The notes beneath the pieces were generated by a model. It was not told the DNA's origin. It ran no database searches and worked only from the letters and a program-made list of their open reading frames with translations. A DNA stretch of 64,000 nucleotides from a candidate division WOR-3 bacterium. GTDB taxonomy: Bacteria; Hydrothermota; Tepidihabitantia; SM23-42; CAYGYG01. The number at the start of each line of letters is the position of its first letter. The stretch's first letter is position 1. A program made the translations under genes and the position numbers. The stretch is taken from contig CBFGIV010000002.1 in the NCBI GenBank assembly GCA_965648915.1, positions 64,001 through 128,000 of the forward strand, read 5' to 3'. Positions 46,925 to 58,798 of this stretch are shown here, piece after piece.

Positions 46925-48216
46925 AGTATTTTTTCAAGACCTATGGCTGCCAGATGAATCAGAATGATTCAGTATTGATCGAAAGCCTGATGGCGACGAG
47001 GGGATATGGACAGGCGGAGAATATTGATCAGGCAGATCTGTTGATCGTTAATACCTGTTCGGTCCGGGCCCACGCCGAAGCTCGGGCCGGTGGATTTATT
47101 GCCTCGCTGGCAAGATGGAAGAGAGCACGCTCGGATCGGGTGCTCTGTATCTGCGGCTGTATGGCGCAGCGCTATGGGGTTAAACTTTTAGAAAGGTATC
47201 CCTGGATCGATATCCTTATTGGTCCGGATCGTTATCGGAAAATTTATGATTACCTTGAGGAGGTTCGGACAAAGAGGAGTAAAGTTTGTGATCTGAGTCT
47301 GACCGGTGAAACTTACTGCGGCATAAAACCTTTCAAGACCGGAACGATCAGCAGTTATGTTTCAATTATGCGTGGTTGTGACAATTACTGTTCATTCTGT
47401 ATCATTCCGTATCTCAGAGGCAGGGCGAGATCCAGACCAACGGATGATATTATCGATGAAATTAAGTCCCTGATTGATCAGGGGGTTAAGGAGATCACAT
47501 TACTCGGTCAGAATGTTAATGCCTATAAGTTTAACAAAGTCCATTTTGCTGACCTGTTAGAGATGATAAATCAGATCAAAGGGCTTTTAAGAATAAGATT
47601 TATGACGTCTCATCCGGCTGATATGTCTGAAGAGATCCTGAGGGCAGTGGCCGGTCTTGATAAGGTTTGCGAATATATCCATCTTCCGTTTCAATCTGGT
47701 TCTGATCGCATCCTCGGTTTGATGAATCGAAAATATTCAAGCGCGCAATATAAAGAGATCGTGAATATAGCCCGGAATCTTATCCCCGGACTGGCCCTAT
47801 CGACCGATGTAATTGTCGGTTTTCCGACTGAAGCCGAAGATGATTATCAGGCGACCTATCGCCTGATGTCCGAGATCGAATTTGATTTTGCGTATATGTT
47901 TAAGTATTCACCCCATAAAGAAACCGGTGCATTTCGTCTTGAACCAAAGGTTGATCCGGCAGTTGCTCAACGCCGTCTGGATGAAATAATAAGACTGCAG
48001 AATAGAATTACCCGACAGAAGAATGCAGGTTTGATCGGCCAGAAGGTTGAGGTCCTGATCGAGGGGAATAGTTATGATAAAAAACTTATGGGCAAGACCC
48101 GGGATAACAGGATGGTGATCTTTGAAGGCAAAGGCAATATCGGCGATCTGGTTTGGGTTCAGATTGAAAAACTTAACGGCTGGACACCGGTCGGTTTTGT
48201 TGTAATAACTGCTTGA
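46921..48216 (+). CDS. miaB: tRNA-2-methylthio-N6-dimethylallyladenosine synthase MiaB
   Basis: TYGCQMN, NTCSVR, GCMAQ, RGCDNYCSFC, LLGQNVN, FMTSHP; TRAM domain. Confidence 0.95.
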   Translation: MKYFFKTYGCQMNQNDSVLIESLMATRGYGQAENIDQADLLIVNTCSVRAHAEARAGGFIASLARWKRARSDRVLCICGCMAQRYGVKLLERYPWIDILIGPDRYRKIYDYLEEVRTKRSKVCDLSLTGETYCGIKPFKTGTISSYVSIMRGCDNYCSFCIIPYLRGRARSRPTDDIIDEIKSLIDQGVKEITLLGQNVNAYKFNKVHFADLLEMINQIKGLLRIRFMTSHPADMSEEILRAVAGLDKVCEYIHLPFQSGSDRILGLMNRKYSSAQYKEIVNIARNLIPGLALSTDVIVGFPTEAEDDYQATYRLMSEIEFDFAYMFKYSPHKETGAFRLEPKVDPAVAQRRLDEIIRLQNRITRQKNAGLIGQKVEVLIEGNSYDKKLMGKTRDNRMVIFEGKGNIGDLVWVQIEKLNGWTPVGFVVITA

Positions 48217-48229
48217 GAGAGGAGGTTCG

Positions 48230-49111
48230 ATGTTTACTGGTTGTTATGTTGCCTTGGTCACACCATTTAAGAAAGATGGCGTGCTTGATGAAAGTGGACT
48301 GAGAAAGAACATTAAATTTTTGCTCAGGAATAAAGTGGATGGACTTGTGCCCTGCGCTACTACGGGCGAGGCCCCCAGTCTGAATGAGGATGAATACGAA
48401 AGGATTATCAGTATCACCGTGGAAGAGGCTAAAGGTAAGGTGAAGATTGTCCCCGGAGCAGGGACAAATTCAACCCACAAGACAATTGCCCTTATGGAAA
48501 GGGCGAAGGAATTAGGTGCGGATGGTTGTCTGGTGGTTACCCCGTATTACAATAAACCAGGCCAGGAGGGGCTGTATGCTCATTTTCGCGCCATCACCGA
48601 AGCGGTGGATATTCCGGTTATAATTTATAATGTCCCGGGAAGGACCGGCGTCAATATACTTCCCAAGACAATCCGTCGATTAGCTACCGACTGTGAGAAG
48701 ATTGTCGGAGTAAAAGAAGCAAGCGGTAGCCTTGATCAGGCTTCGGAGATTCGACGAAGTTGTGGACCGGACTTCGACCTTTTATCCGGTGATGATTCAC
48801 TTACCCTGCCGATGATGGCGATCGGTGCTCAGGGTGTAATCTCGGTAATCGCCAATATTGCTCCCAGAGAGATTACCCAGATGGTAAATTATTATTTGAA
48901 AGGAAATGAGGATAAGGCCCGGGCAATACATCTCCGGCTTTTCTCTTTAATGAAGTTACTATTTATCGAAACCAATCCGGTTCCGATAAAGAAGGCGATG
49001 GAATTTATGAAGATGCCCGCGGGTAAACCCCGTCTTCCCCTGGTGGAGATGAGTAAGGATAATGCCGAATTGCTCAAGAAGGAGCTGACCCGGTTAGGCT
49101 GGATTGAGTAG
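48230..49111 (+). CDS. dapA: 4-hydroxy-tetrahydrodipicolinate synthase
   Basis: Motifs ALVTPF, ATTGE, TPYYNKP, IYNVPGRTG, GVKEAS, SGDD, ETNPVP. Confidence 0.96.
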   Translation: MFTGCYVALVTPFKKDGVLDESGLRKNIKFLLRNKVDGLVPCATTGEAPSLNEDEYERIISITVEEAKGKVKIVPGAGTNSTHKTIALMERAKELGADGCLVVTPYYNKPGQEGLYAHFRAITEAVDIPVIIYNVPGRTGVNILPKTIRRLATDCEKIVGVKEASGSLDQASEIRRSCGPDFDLLSGDDSLTLPMMAIGAQGVISVIANIAPREITQMVNYYLKGNEDKARAIHLRLFSLMKLLFIETNPVPIKKAMEFMKMPAGKPRLPLVEMSKDNAELLKKELTRLGWIE

Positions 49112-49126
49112 TGTTCTAATTTTTCC

Positions 49127-49154
49127 TTGTCATTTTACTCTATTTATCTATAAT
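49127..49154 (+). promoter_or_regulatory. sigma70 promoter
   Basis: TTGTCA-N16-TATAAT; AAGGAG SD before ATG 49207. Confidence 0.6.
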
Positions 49155-49206
49155 AGTTGAAAGTGCATTATATAAAGATTGTCGTATAATGTGAAAGGAG
49201 TGTTAG

Positions 49207-51699
49207 ATGAAGCTGAAGCGACCGATCAGAGAACTCTCCTATAAAAAGTTGCGGTGGCGTTGTGACCCGCAGAGTTTAAAATTTGAAACAACCCGTGATC
49301 TTGATGTAACACGGGAGATAATCGGTCAGGAACGGGCAATCAATGCTATAAAACTTGGTCTTGAGGTCGAGCACGAAGGTTATAACATATTTGTCACGGG
49401 TATGGTGGGCACGGGGCGCACCACGACAATTGGTGAACTCCTGAAGGAACTGGAAAAGAAAGAAGGTAGACCCGGTGATATCTGTTATGTGAACAATTTT
49501 AAGAATCCCGATATGCCCAAAGCAATTTTTCTAAAGGCGGGTGAGGGAGTAAGATTTAAACGTGATATGGATGGTCTGGTGGAAAATTTAAAAAAGAGGA
49601 TACCGGCGGTTTTTGAAAGTGAGTATTATATTAATCGGCGGAAATCGATCATTGAACAGTTCGAAGAGAAATCAAAGGTGAAATTTAAAGAGTTTGAAAA
49701 AAAGGTTCAGCAGGAAGGTTTCGCCATAATTCGCACACAATTAGGAATTTATGTAAAATCGGATCTGGTTCCGGTTTTTGAAAATAACCCGGTCTCCCTC
49801 GATCAGCTCGAACAGTTGATGGAACAGGGTAAACTGACAAAAGAGAAGTTTGAAGAGATTAAAAAAAGGCAGAATGAACTGGAAGAGGAGTTGAGGGCAA
49901 TTTTTAAAGAGGCAAAGAACATCGAGCGAGAGATTAACGAGGCCTTGAAGCAATTGAATAATCAGGTCATCACTCCGATTATTGATGATTTAATTGGTGA
50001 TATTAAAATAAAGTATAATATCCCGAAGGTGAATGCTTATCTCGATGAAGTTGCTCAGGAAGTAATTGGCAATCTTGAGCGATTTATTGAGAAAGAAGAA
50101 CCGCCCGCACCATTTCCAATACCGAAGGTTGAAGATAAATTTGTTGATTTTCAGGTAAATGTTCTGGTTGATAATTCCGAAACCAAAGGACCACCTATAA
50201 TTACCGAGACTTCGCCCAACTATCGGAATCTCTTTGGGACGATCGAAAGAGTTGTTGACCGGATGGGTGGGATCAGAACCGATTTTACCAAAATTAAGGC
50301 TGGTTCACTCCTGCGGGCCAATAATGGTTTTCTTATCCTCAATGCCTTAGACGTTCTGATGGAACCCGGTCTCTGGCAGGCACTGAAAAGGACCCTGCGC
50401 AATGGTGTTATCGATATTCAGACTTACGATCCGTTCTATATCTTTGGCACGACTGCCCTCAAACCCGAGCCGATCCCCTGCACTGCCAAGGTTGTTATGA
50501 TTGGTAATGCCTATCTCTATTCCATCCTTTATCATTATGATGAAGACTTTAAGAAGATATTTAAAGTCAAAGCCGATTTTGATAATGTTATGCCCAACAC
50601 TCCTAAGACCCGGAACCAATACGGAGACTTTATATGTTTTATCTGCAAAGAAGAGGGTCTTTTACATTTCGACCGAACTGCGGTTGCCGAGGTTATCGAA
50701 TATGGTGCACGTATTGCCGGTCGTAAGAATAAATTGACCACCCGGTTTCATATTATTGCCGATATCTTAAGGGAGGCAAGTTACTGGGCGAAAAAAGATA
50801 ATGCCCGATTTGTCTCAAGTAAATATGTGGAAAAAGCGATTGAGGAATGGGTGGAACGGGTCAGCCTGGTTGAGGATAAAATCTCCGAGATGATAAAAGA
50901 AGGGACGATAATGATTGATACCAGGGGCAGGGAGATTGGACAGGTCAATGGGCTGTCGGTCTACACAACCGGGGAGTATTCCTTTGGTAAACCTACCCGG
51001 ATAACCGCCAAGACCTCAATGGGCAGGGCAGGAATTATCAATATAGAACGGGAAGCCGATTTAAGCGGTCCCATTCATAATAAAGGCGTTCTGATTCTAT
51101 CTGGGTATCTGCGCTGGAAATACGGACAGAATAAGCCACTGGTAATGACCGCCAGCCTCTGTTTCGAACAATCCTATGGTGAAGTGGAGGGTGACAGTGC
51201 ATCATCGACCGAGGTCTACGCAATACTCTCGAGTCTGGCGAATGTCCCATTACGTCAGGATATTGCGGTAACCGGTTCGGTAAACCAGAAAGGGGAGATT
51301 CAACCAATTGGTGGCGTGAATCAGAAGATCGAAGGTTTTTTTGATGTCTGTAAAGCAGCCGGGTTGACCGGCAAGCAGGGGGTAATGATCCCCTACCTCA
51401 ATATTCCTGATCTGATGTTGAAAAAGGATGTGGTTGACGCGGTACGCCAAGGGAAGTTTCATATCTACCCGGTAAAGACGATCGATGAAGGGATTGAAAT
51501 CCTTACCGGGATGAAAGCAGGAAAAAGGCTGAAAAATGGTCAGTTTGAGAAGGATTCGATTAATTATCTGGTTGATAAAAGGTTACGAGAACTGGCTGAG
51601 AACTGGCAAAAGTTTAGCGGTGAGGAAGAGAAGGAACCCGAAAGCAAGAAGTTAACAAAAGTTAGAAGAGATCCGAATAAAAGATCGGTAAGCAGATAG
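49207..51699 (+). CDS. Lon-like protease (LonB/LonC type, peptidase S16) with coiled-coil insertion
   Basis: IIGQERA, GMVGTGRTT, GQVNGL, FEQSY; Ser-Lys dyad in GDSASS and NQKIEGF. Confidence 0.9.
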   Translation: MKLKRPIRELSYKKLRWRCDPQSLKFETTRDLDVTREIIGQERAINAIKLGLEVEHEGYNIFVTGMVGTGRTTTIGELLKELEKKEGRPGDICYVNNFKNPDMPKAIFLKAGEGVRFKRDMDGLVENLKKRIPAVFESEYYINRRKSIIEQFEEKSKVKFKEFEKKVQQEGFAIIRTQLGIYVKSDLVPVFENNPVSLDQLEQLMEQGKLTKEKFEEIKKRQNELEEELRAIFKEAKNIEREINEALKQLNNQVITPIIDDLIGDIKIKYNIPKVNAYLDEVAQEVIGNLERFIEKEEPPAPFPIPKVEDKFVDFQVNVLVDNSETKGPPIITETSPNYRNLFGTIERVVDRMGGIRTDFTKIKAGSLLRANNGFLILNALDVLMEPGLWQALKRTLRNGVIDIQTYDPFYIFGTTALKPEPIPCTAKVVMIGNAYLYSILYHYDEDFKKIFKVKADFDNVMPNTPKTRNQYGDFICFICKEEGLLHFDRTAVAEVIEYGARIAGRKNKLTTRFHIIADILREASYWAKKDNARFVSSKYVEKAIEEWVERVSLVEDKISEMIKEGTIMIDTRGREIGQVNGLSVYTTGEYSFGKPTRITAKTSMGRAGIINIEREADLSGPIHNKGVLILSGYLRWKYGQNKPLVMTASLCFEQSYGEVEGDSASSTEVYAILSSLANVPLRQDIAVTGSVNQKGEIQPIGGVNQKIEGFFDVCKAAGLTGKQGVMIPYLNIPDLMLKKDVVDAVRQGKFHIYPVKTIDEGIEILTGMKAGKRLKNGQFEKDSINYLVDKRLRELAENWQKFSGEEEKEPESKKLTKVRRDPNKRSVSR

Positions 51700-51725
51700 A
51701 AAGGAAAAAGCCAAGGAGATGTTGG

Positions 51726-52553
51726 GTGAAGCGAATAATACTTTTATTTAATTTTGTTAACAGCCTGCTGCTTGGTGATGTTCTTTTGGAACAGGTCTTA
51801 AGGGCCGATGGTTTTATGGGAACCGCGACCAGTGAGATCCGATCCAAGACTCTGGTGCACGGCGACAGGTTAAGGGTTGATACCAGGATAAAGATTTGCG
51901 GACTTACTTCAGGTAAGATTGAGCAGAAGCAGGTAACGATTATCCAGCTTGATAAAGAGAAGGTCTTGAATTTGGATCCCAAGACTAAAACCTATCGCGA
52001 AACAGATTTTTCTGAACTGAGAGAAAAAGCAGGGCATCTTAAGTCCCGGATTCAGCCCCGGAGCAGCCCGGCAATTGAAATTATAAAAAAGGACGAAACA
52101 AAAAGAATGGTCGGCCATAACTGCAAGCATATAATTGTTAAGATGAAGACCAGAATAAGTGATCCGGAGACCGGTGAACCCATCAAAGGCGTCTTGAAGA
52201 ATGATATGTGGATTTCCGATCTTTTTAAGGAGGCAGAGGTCCTTGTGAATTTTAATAAAAGATTTGCTGATGCAACCGGGATCCCGGCATTACAGCAGGA
52301 TATGATGCGGGAGTTTGGCATCGATACCTATGAATATGCTCAATTTGAAGAGACGATCAGGGCGATAAAAGGTTTTCCCATCTATACATTAGTGAGTATA
52401 GAGTCGGAGGAATTGAACCAGGAAGGTCGGGGATATGTCTTCTTTTCCGCGGTCAACGAGATCAAGAAGATATCCCCGGTGCAGACAGGTGCTGGTGAGT
52501 TTGAAATTCCGAAGGGTTATAAAAAGATAGAAGATAATGGTAAGATCTATTGA
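51726..52553 (+). CDS. Exported protein, DUF4412-like
   Basis: Signal-like N-terminus; TII.LDK...LD...KTY, ETK...GHNCKH, C-terminal FEIPKGYKK. Confidence 0.6.
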   Translation: MKRIILLFNFVNSLLLGDVLLEQVLRADGFMGTATSEIRSKTLVHGDRLRVDTRIKICGLTSGKIEQKQVTIIQLDKEKVLNLDPKTKTYRETDFSELREKAGHLKSRIQPRSSPAIEIIKKDETKRMVGHNCKHIIVKMKTRISDPETGEPIKGVLKNDMWISDLFKEAEVLVNFNKRFADATGIPALQQDMMREFGIDTYEYAQFEETIRAIKGFPIYTLVSIESEELNQEGRGYVFFSAVNEIKKISPVQTGAGEFEIPKGYKKIEDNGKIY

Positions 52554-52600
52554 TTGCAGATTAGCGGTTATAGCATAGGCTGACCGGTTTTAAGATTGTT

Positions 52601-53992
52601 ATGTTTATTCTATTAACTTTTTTGATCAATATCAATATTGAGGCAATCAGTCAGTCTCTGGTAGATCCGATCCTTGAGAGTTCTCACACCGGCATCTGTA
52701 TCTACTCTCTCAAAAAAGATCGTCTGGTCTTTGAACATAATGGGGCAAAACTTTTTGTGCCGGCGTCCAACCAGAAGATTTTAACCACTGCGGCTGCACT
52801 CCATTATCTGGGTGGTGAATTTCGTTATATCACAAGGTTAAAGATGCGGGGAGAAATCCAGGCGTCGAGCCTGCTTGGTGATCTGATCCTTGTCGGTAGC
52901 GGTGATCCATCCATCAAGGATTATTCATTTCTCGAAAGGTGGGCAGATATTGTGAAGAATCTTGGGGTCCATACCATAATTGGCAGTATCATTGTTGATG
53001 ATCGGGTGTTTTCTAATGAACGATTGCCTGAAGGCTGGGCCTGGCACTATCTCGATGCCCGTTATGGTGCAGAGATTTCAGGATTCTCTTTCAATGGTAA
53101 CGTTGTTAAGGTGACGGTTAAACCAGGTAATAAGATCAATGATACCGCTCAGGTAATACTTGATCCCCAGACCCAATATGTTAAGATCAAAAATAATCTA
53201 ATTACGGTGGAGAGTCTTAATGGTAATACTATCAGTCAAGAAATAAATATCTATCGTGAGCCCGAAGCCAATATTATTCATCTTGAAGGTGCGGTGGCAA
53301 AGAATTTTAAGGGGAGGACCTATGAGATTGCGGTAAAGGATCCAGCTCTGTTTGCTGGTTACTATTTTAAGGAATTGCTGGAACGGAGAGGGATTAGAGT
53401 TTATGGTTACCCAAAAAGGGTTGATACACTTACAGCTAACTTTGGTCACGCCGAGCGTCAATTAGACAGTATTATCTCCTGTTCGATGAAAGAGATTGTT
53501 AAAGAGACTAACAAAGAGAGCAAGAACCTGTTTGCGGAGAACCTCCTGAAATCGATCGGGTATTACAGAGAAGGCAATGGCAGTTATAAAAACAGTAACA
53601 GCCTTATCAGAAAGTTCCTAGTCGAGGTCGGGGGCGACACCAGTGGTGTTTATCCAGTAGACGGTTCTGGCCTCTCAAGGCATAATCTCCTCTCACCTTA
53701 TAATCTCGTAGTCGTCTTAAGGTATATGTATCTCTCAGCCCATCGTGATGATTTTTATGAGAGCCTGGCCCGGCCGAATGAAGGGACACTTTTCGGTCGA
53801 CTTTTGAGATTAAGAAACTCCCTGCACGCCAAGACAGGAACCTTAAAATGGATTTCCTGTATCTCCGGTTATATCGAAAATTCTACTGATAATGATACCT
53901 ATGCCTTTTCGATTATGGTGAACAATTTTACGGGAACGGTTCGGGATATAAATCGATGGCAGGAGCGGATCATTGAGGCAATGCAGGAGTGA
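52601..53992 (+). CDS. dacB: D-Ala-D-Ala carboxypeptidase/endopeptidase (PBP4, S13)
   Basis: PASNQK (SxxK), GSGDP, SKN (SxN), DGSGLSR, AKTGT. Confidence 0.93.
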   Translation: MFILLTFLININIEAISQSLVDPILESSHTGICIYSLKKDRLVFEHNGAKLFVPASNQKILTTAAALHYLGGEFRYITRLKMRGEIQASSLLGDLILVGSGDPSIKDYSFLERWADIVKNLGVHTIIGSIIVDDRVFSNERLPEGWAWHYLDARYGAEISGFSFNGNVVKVTVKPGNKINDTAQVILDPQTQYVKIKNNLITVESLNGNTISQEINIYREPEANIIHLEGAVAKNFKGRTYEIAVKDPALFAGYYFKELLERRGIRVYGYPKRVDTLTANFGHAERQLDSIISCSMKEIVKETNKESKNLFAENLLKSIGYYREGNGSYKNSNSLIRKFLVEVGGDTSGVYPVDGSGLSRHNLLSPYNLVVVLRYMYLSAHRDDFYESLARPNEGTLFGRLLRLRNSLHAKTGTLKWISCISGYIENSTDNDTYAFSIMVNNFTGTVRDINRWQERIIEAMQE

Positions 53993-54003
53993 TATTAGTT
54001 AGA

Positions 54004-55491
<1,488 letters not shown>

Positions 55492-55585
55492 TTAAATGAA
55501 AATAATCAACCAATTTTTAGTGCTAACCTATTATAAGTCAATTTTTTTGATAAGTCAATACAATTCAACATTTGATTACAAATTA

Positions 55586-58500
55586 TTAAAGGTTTAACAA
55601 GAAGTTCAGATTGTAAAACGCAATAAAGTTTTCCGGATCGAGGAGAAGGACTTTTTTGAACTCATTTGCTGCATCTTTTTTCTGTCCGAGGTTAGCGTAG
55701 ACACCTCCCAGATTAATTCTGATATCGACTCTTAACGGATTTAGTATTAAAGCCTTCTTCAGATAAAAACTGGCTTTAAGGTTATTTTTTGTAGCTGCAT
55801 AGATTGTGCCCAGTTTATATAATGCGTCGATATTAGATTCATTCAATTCAACCGAGCGAGTTAAAGATTTAATTGCTTTAGAAGTATCGCCCAGGATAAA
55901 GTGACAATAACCAAGTTTCTCATAAATCGTTGAATTTAATGAGTCGATGGCAAGGCTCTGATAACATTCGGCGATTGCTTCGGAGTGAAGATTGTTTTCG
56001 ATAAGGACATTAATCAGATCGCAGCGATAATTGATATTGGTCGGTGCCAGCCTAATTGCCCTGTGGTATAGGTTAATGGCTTCATATCGCTTGTTCTGGA
56101 GTTCATATGTCTTGGCCAGCGCATAAACAATCTCGGCATTTTCAGGATCGAGGTTTAGTGCCCGGTTAAAATCCTCAAGTGCCAAAAAAATAAGATTGTT
56201 ATTTCGGTAAATTATACCCCGGCCGAGATATGCCTGGGCAAGTGTTGAATCTAATGCCAGAGCATTGTTAAATTCCATTTCTGCTTGATTGGTAATGCCT
56301 GCAAGTAGAAAATATTTCCCATCATAGTATCTAATAAGGGCACGCTGTTCTGGCAAAAGATTATCGAAGAGAGTCTTCTGATAACTCCGGATGTATTGAT
56401 CGTTGAGCAGAGATGTTTCAGCATAAAGGCTCCGCGGCGCTGAAAACTCGAGGATAGGGAGATCATCAGAGTTGATCATTCCGTCTTTGACAAACTCCCG
56501 GACATCCTTAGAATTGAGAACCAGACAGCTGAGCAGGGAGTAAACATTTTCGATATTGACCGATTTTAAGTCTGCATAGATCCCGGGACGTTTTATTTTT
56601 TGATCAATCTGTTCAAGATTTAGATTGATCTCCTTAAAAGATCCAATAAGGAGGTAATCGGCCGTTCGTCCGGTAGACCAGATGGTAACATAAGGAAAGA
56701 CAGATTGGAAAGTCTTTATAACCATCTGGAAGTCAGCCGGCGAAAGGCTGTAACCCTGAAGCCATTGACAGATCAATCCGTCCTTTTTCAATTTTCTTGC
56801 ACAGATCTGGTAAAATTCTCTGGAAAATAGATTGGCGATACCAGCCATCCAGGGGTTGGACGGTTCGGTACTGATTACATCATACTTTTTAGGCGTGGCT
56901 AAAAGGTAGTTACGGCCATCCGCCGTTATGATCTTATCTCTTTGGTTATTAACGACATTATGATTCTCTTTATGAAAGAATTTTGCGCCTTCAATTACTG
57001 CCTCCTCAATCTCAGCACATTCAACATTGGGTGCTCCGTAGTTCACACAGGCGCCCATAGTTACACCACTGCCCAGGCCTAAGATAAAAACATCCTTTGG
57101 ATCGGGATGAAGGATCATCGGCAAATAACCACTTAGGACCTGAGTAATCATATCGCTTGCGCTACTGGCATCTGTTTTACCATTGATGTTTAGGGCGATG
57201 TGGTTTTCCGTTTTGATAACCGCCACATTGCAATTTATCCCTTCGCGATAATATAGTAATTTCCGGGACTGAAGGAATTCTTCCATAGTGATAACTTTCT
57301 GCATCGATAGATATTTCCATGGACGAAACGAGATACCGGCATTCATAACCATCTTATTCCATTTCTTCCCCTGTATGATTAAAAGAAGGCCTATGATTAC
57401 GACCATCCCATTAAATATAAACTTTGCTCTTAATCGAAGTTGGTGACTAGTGAAGATAACAACAATTGCCACCAGGATGTTGAGTAGAACCGCTGTCTGG
57501 ATTGCAGACTGAGCACCAATTAATGGTAACAGGAAAAAGCCGGTCAGGGCTGAGCCGATGATGCAGCCCAGTGTATTGATTGAATATGCCTGACCGATAC
57601 GATTACCCAGTATATTTAAATCATCAACCAGGATTCTGGTGACGATCGGGAAGGAAGCACCAAAGAGCAGAGCGGGTATAATCATTACAAGAAAGCAGAG
57701 CAAAAATTGAATGGCCTGGAGAAATCCATAATTGTTTGGAAAGAGTTGATAGAGCCTGACAAAATAGGTCGGCAGGCGGTCGAAGAGAGGCATTAGGAGG
57801 AGAACCGAAATGCCGATGCCAGTTTCAATAAAACCAAAGAATTGATAGGGCACTCTTTTTTCGCCCCAGATCAATGAAAATAGCAAGCTGCCCGCGGCAA
57901 TGCCGAAAATAAATGCGACGAGCATGGTGCTGAAGGCGTAGATTGAACTGCCGATCGAAAGAGCCAGTGATCGGGTCCAGGCTACTTCGTAGACCATCGA
58001 TGTGAAACCTGACAGACCAAAGCCTAAAAGGATTATCCACCCCGCATAGCTTATTTTTGATGGTTGCTTGGTGTCTAAGTCTCTTTCCTCCCTTTCCTTT
58101 TTAGTCAAGAGTATAAGGTGTTGGTCGAAGATAAAACATAAAGCTCCAATTCCGATATTCAAAACTGCAGCGATCAAGATCAAACGATGCACGCCCATTA
58201 TCGGTAAGAGAAAATAGCCAGCCATTAAGATGCCAATGACTGCACCAAAGGTATTTATAGCATAGAGAAAACCAACAAGTTTACCAACGCTTTCAGCCCT
58301 TTTGATAAAGAATCTGGACATCAGCGGCAGGGTTCCACCCATCATGGTTGTTGGCGTGATGAGCAATATGAGACATAGAAAGAAAAGAAATATATTATAG
58401 GCAAAAGAGAATTGCCAGTTTCGGGCAACACTCAAATATAGGGGTTGCACAATTTTAAATAAAAACGGAGTCACCAGAGCATATAATCCAGTGCCAATCT

Positions 58501-58759
58501 CTAATAGTGAATAACCACGAAGTGGCCTTTTAATCCGATCGGCAATCTTACCAAATACCAGACTGCCTAAGGCGAGGCCGCCCATAAATGCAGAAAGGAC
58601 AGTACTGGTGGCAAAGGCGGTCGAACCGAATATCAGGGTGAGCATCCTGGTCCAGAGTATCTCATAGATCAGGCCAGCGCAACCTGAGAAGAAGAAACAG
58701 ATAAAGACGGCGATCAGTATCTGTTTTATTTCATCCTGGGTTTTCTTTTCTGAAGACAT
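55586..58759 (-). CDS. Fused MFS-like membrane / spermidine synthase-like SAM-binding / TPR protein
   Basis: SGCAGLIYE and duplicated SGFTSMVYE membrane halves; LGLGSGVT, EIE, DGR, EPSNPW; C-terminal TPRs. Confidence 0.85.
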   Translation of the reverse strand: MSSEKKTQDEIKQILIAVFICFFFSGCAGLIYEILWTRMLTLIFGSTAFATSTVLSAFMGGLALGSLVFGKIADRIKRPLRGYSLLEIGTGLYALVTPFLFKIVQPLYLSVARNWQFSFAYNIFLFFLCLILLITPTTMMGGTLPLMSRFFIKRAESVGKLVGFLYAINTFGAVIGILMAGYFLLPIMGVHRLILIAAVLNIGIGALCFIFDQHLILLTKKEREERDLDTKQPSKISYAGWIILLGFGLSGFTSMVYEVAWTRSLALSIGSSIYAFSTMLVAFIFGIAAGSLLFSLIWGEKRVPYQFFGFIETGIGISVLLLMPLFDRLPTYFVRLYQLFPNNYGFLQAIQFLLCFLVMIIPALLFGASFPIVTRILVDDLNILGNRIGQAYSINTLGCIIGSALTGFFLLPLIGAQSAIQTAVLLNILVAIVVIFTSHQLRLRAKFIFNGMVVIIGLLLIIQGKKWNKMVMNAGISFRPWKYLSMQKVITMEEFLQSRKLLYYREGINCNVAVIKTENHIALNINGKTDASSASDMITQVLSGYLPMILHPDPKDVFILGLGSGVTMGACVNYGAPNVECAEIEEAVIEGAKFFHKENHNVVNNQRDKIITADGRNYLLATPKKYDVISTEPSNPWMAGIANLFSREFYQICARKLKKDGLICQWLQGYSLSPADFQMVIKTFQSVFPYVTIWSTGRTADYLLIGSFKEINLNLEQIDQKIKRPGIYADLKSVNIENVYSLLSCLVLNSKDVREFVKDGMINSDDLPILEFSAPRSLYAETSLLNDQYIRSYQKTLFDNLLPEQRALIRYYDGKYFLLAGITNQAEMEFNNALALDSTLAQAYLGRGIIYRNNNLIFLALEDFNRALNLDPENAEIVYALAKTYELQNKRYEAINLYHRAIRLAPTNINYRCDLINVLIENNLHSEAIAECYQSLAIDSLNSTIYEKLGYCHFILGDTSKAIKSLTRSVELNESNIDALYKLGTIYAATKNNLKASFYLKKALILNPLRVDIRINLGGVYANLGQKKDAANEFKKVLLLDPENFIAFYNLNFLLNL

Positions 58760-58798
58760 ATTTTTAACCTCCGTTATTATTGATAAAATAGTCTATGA

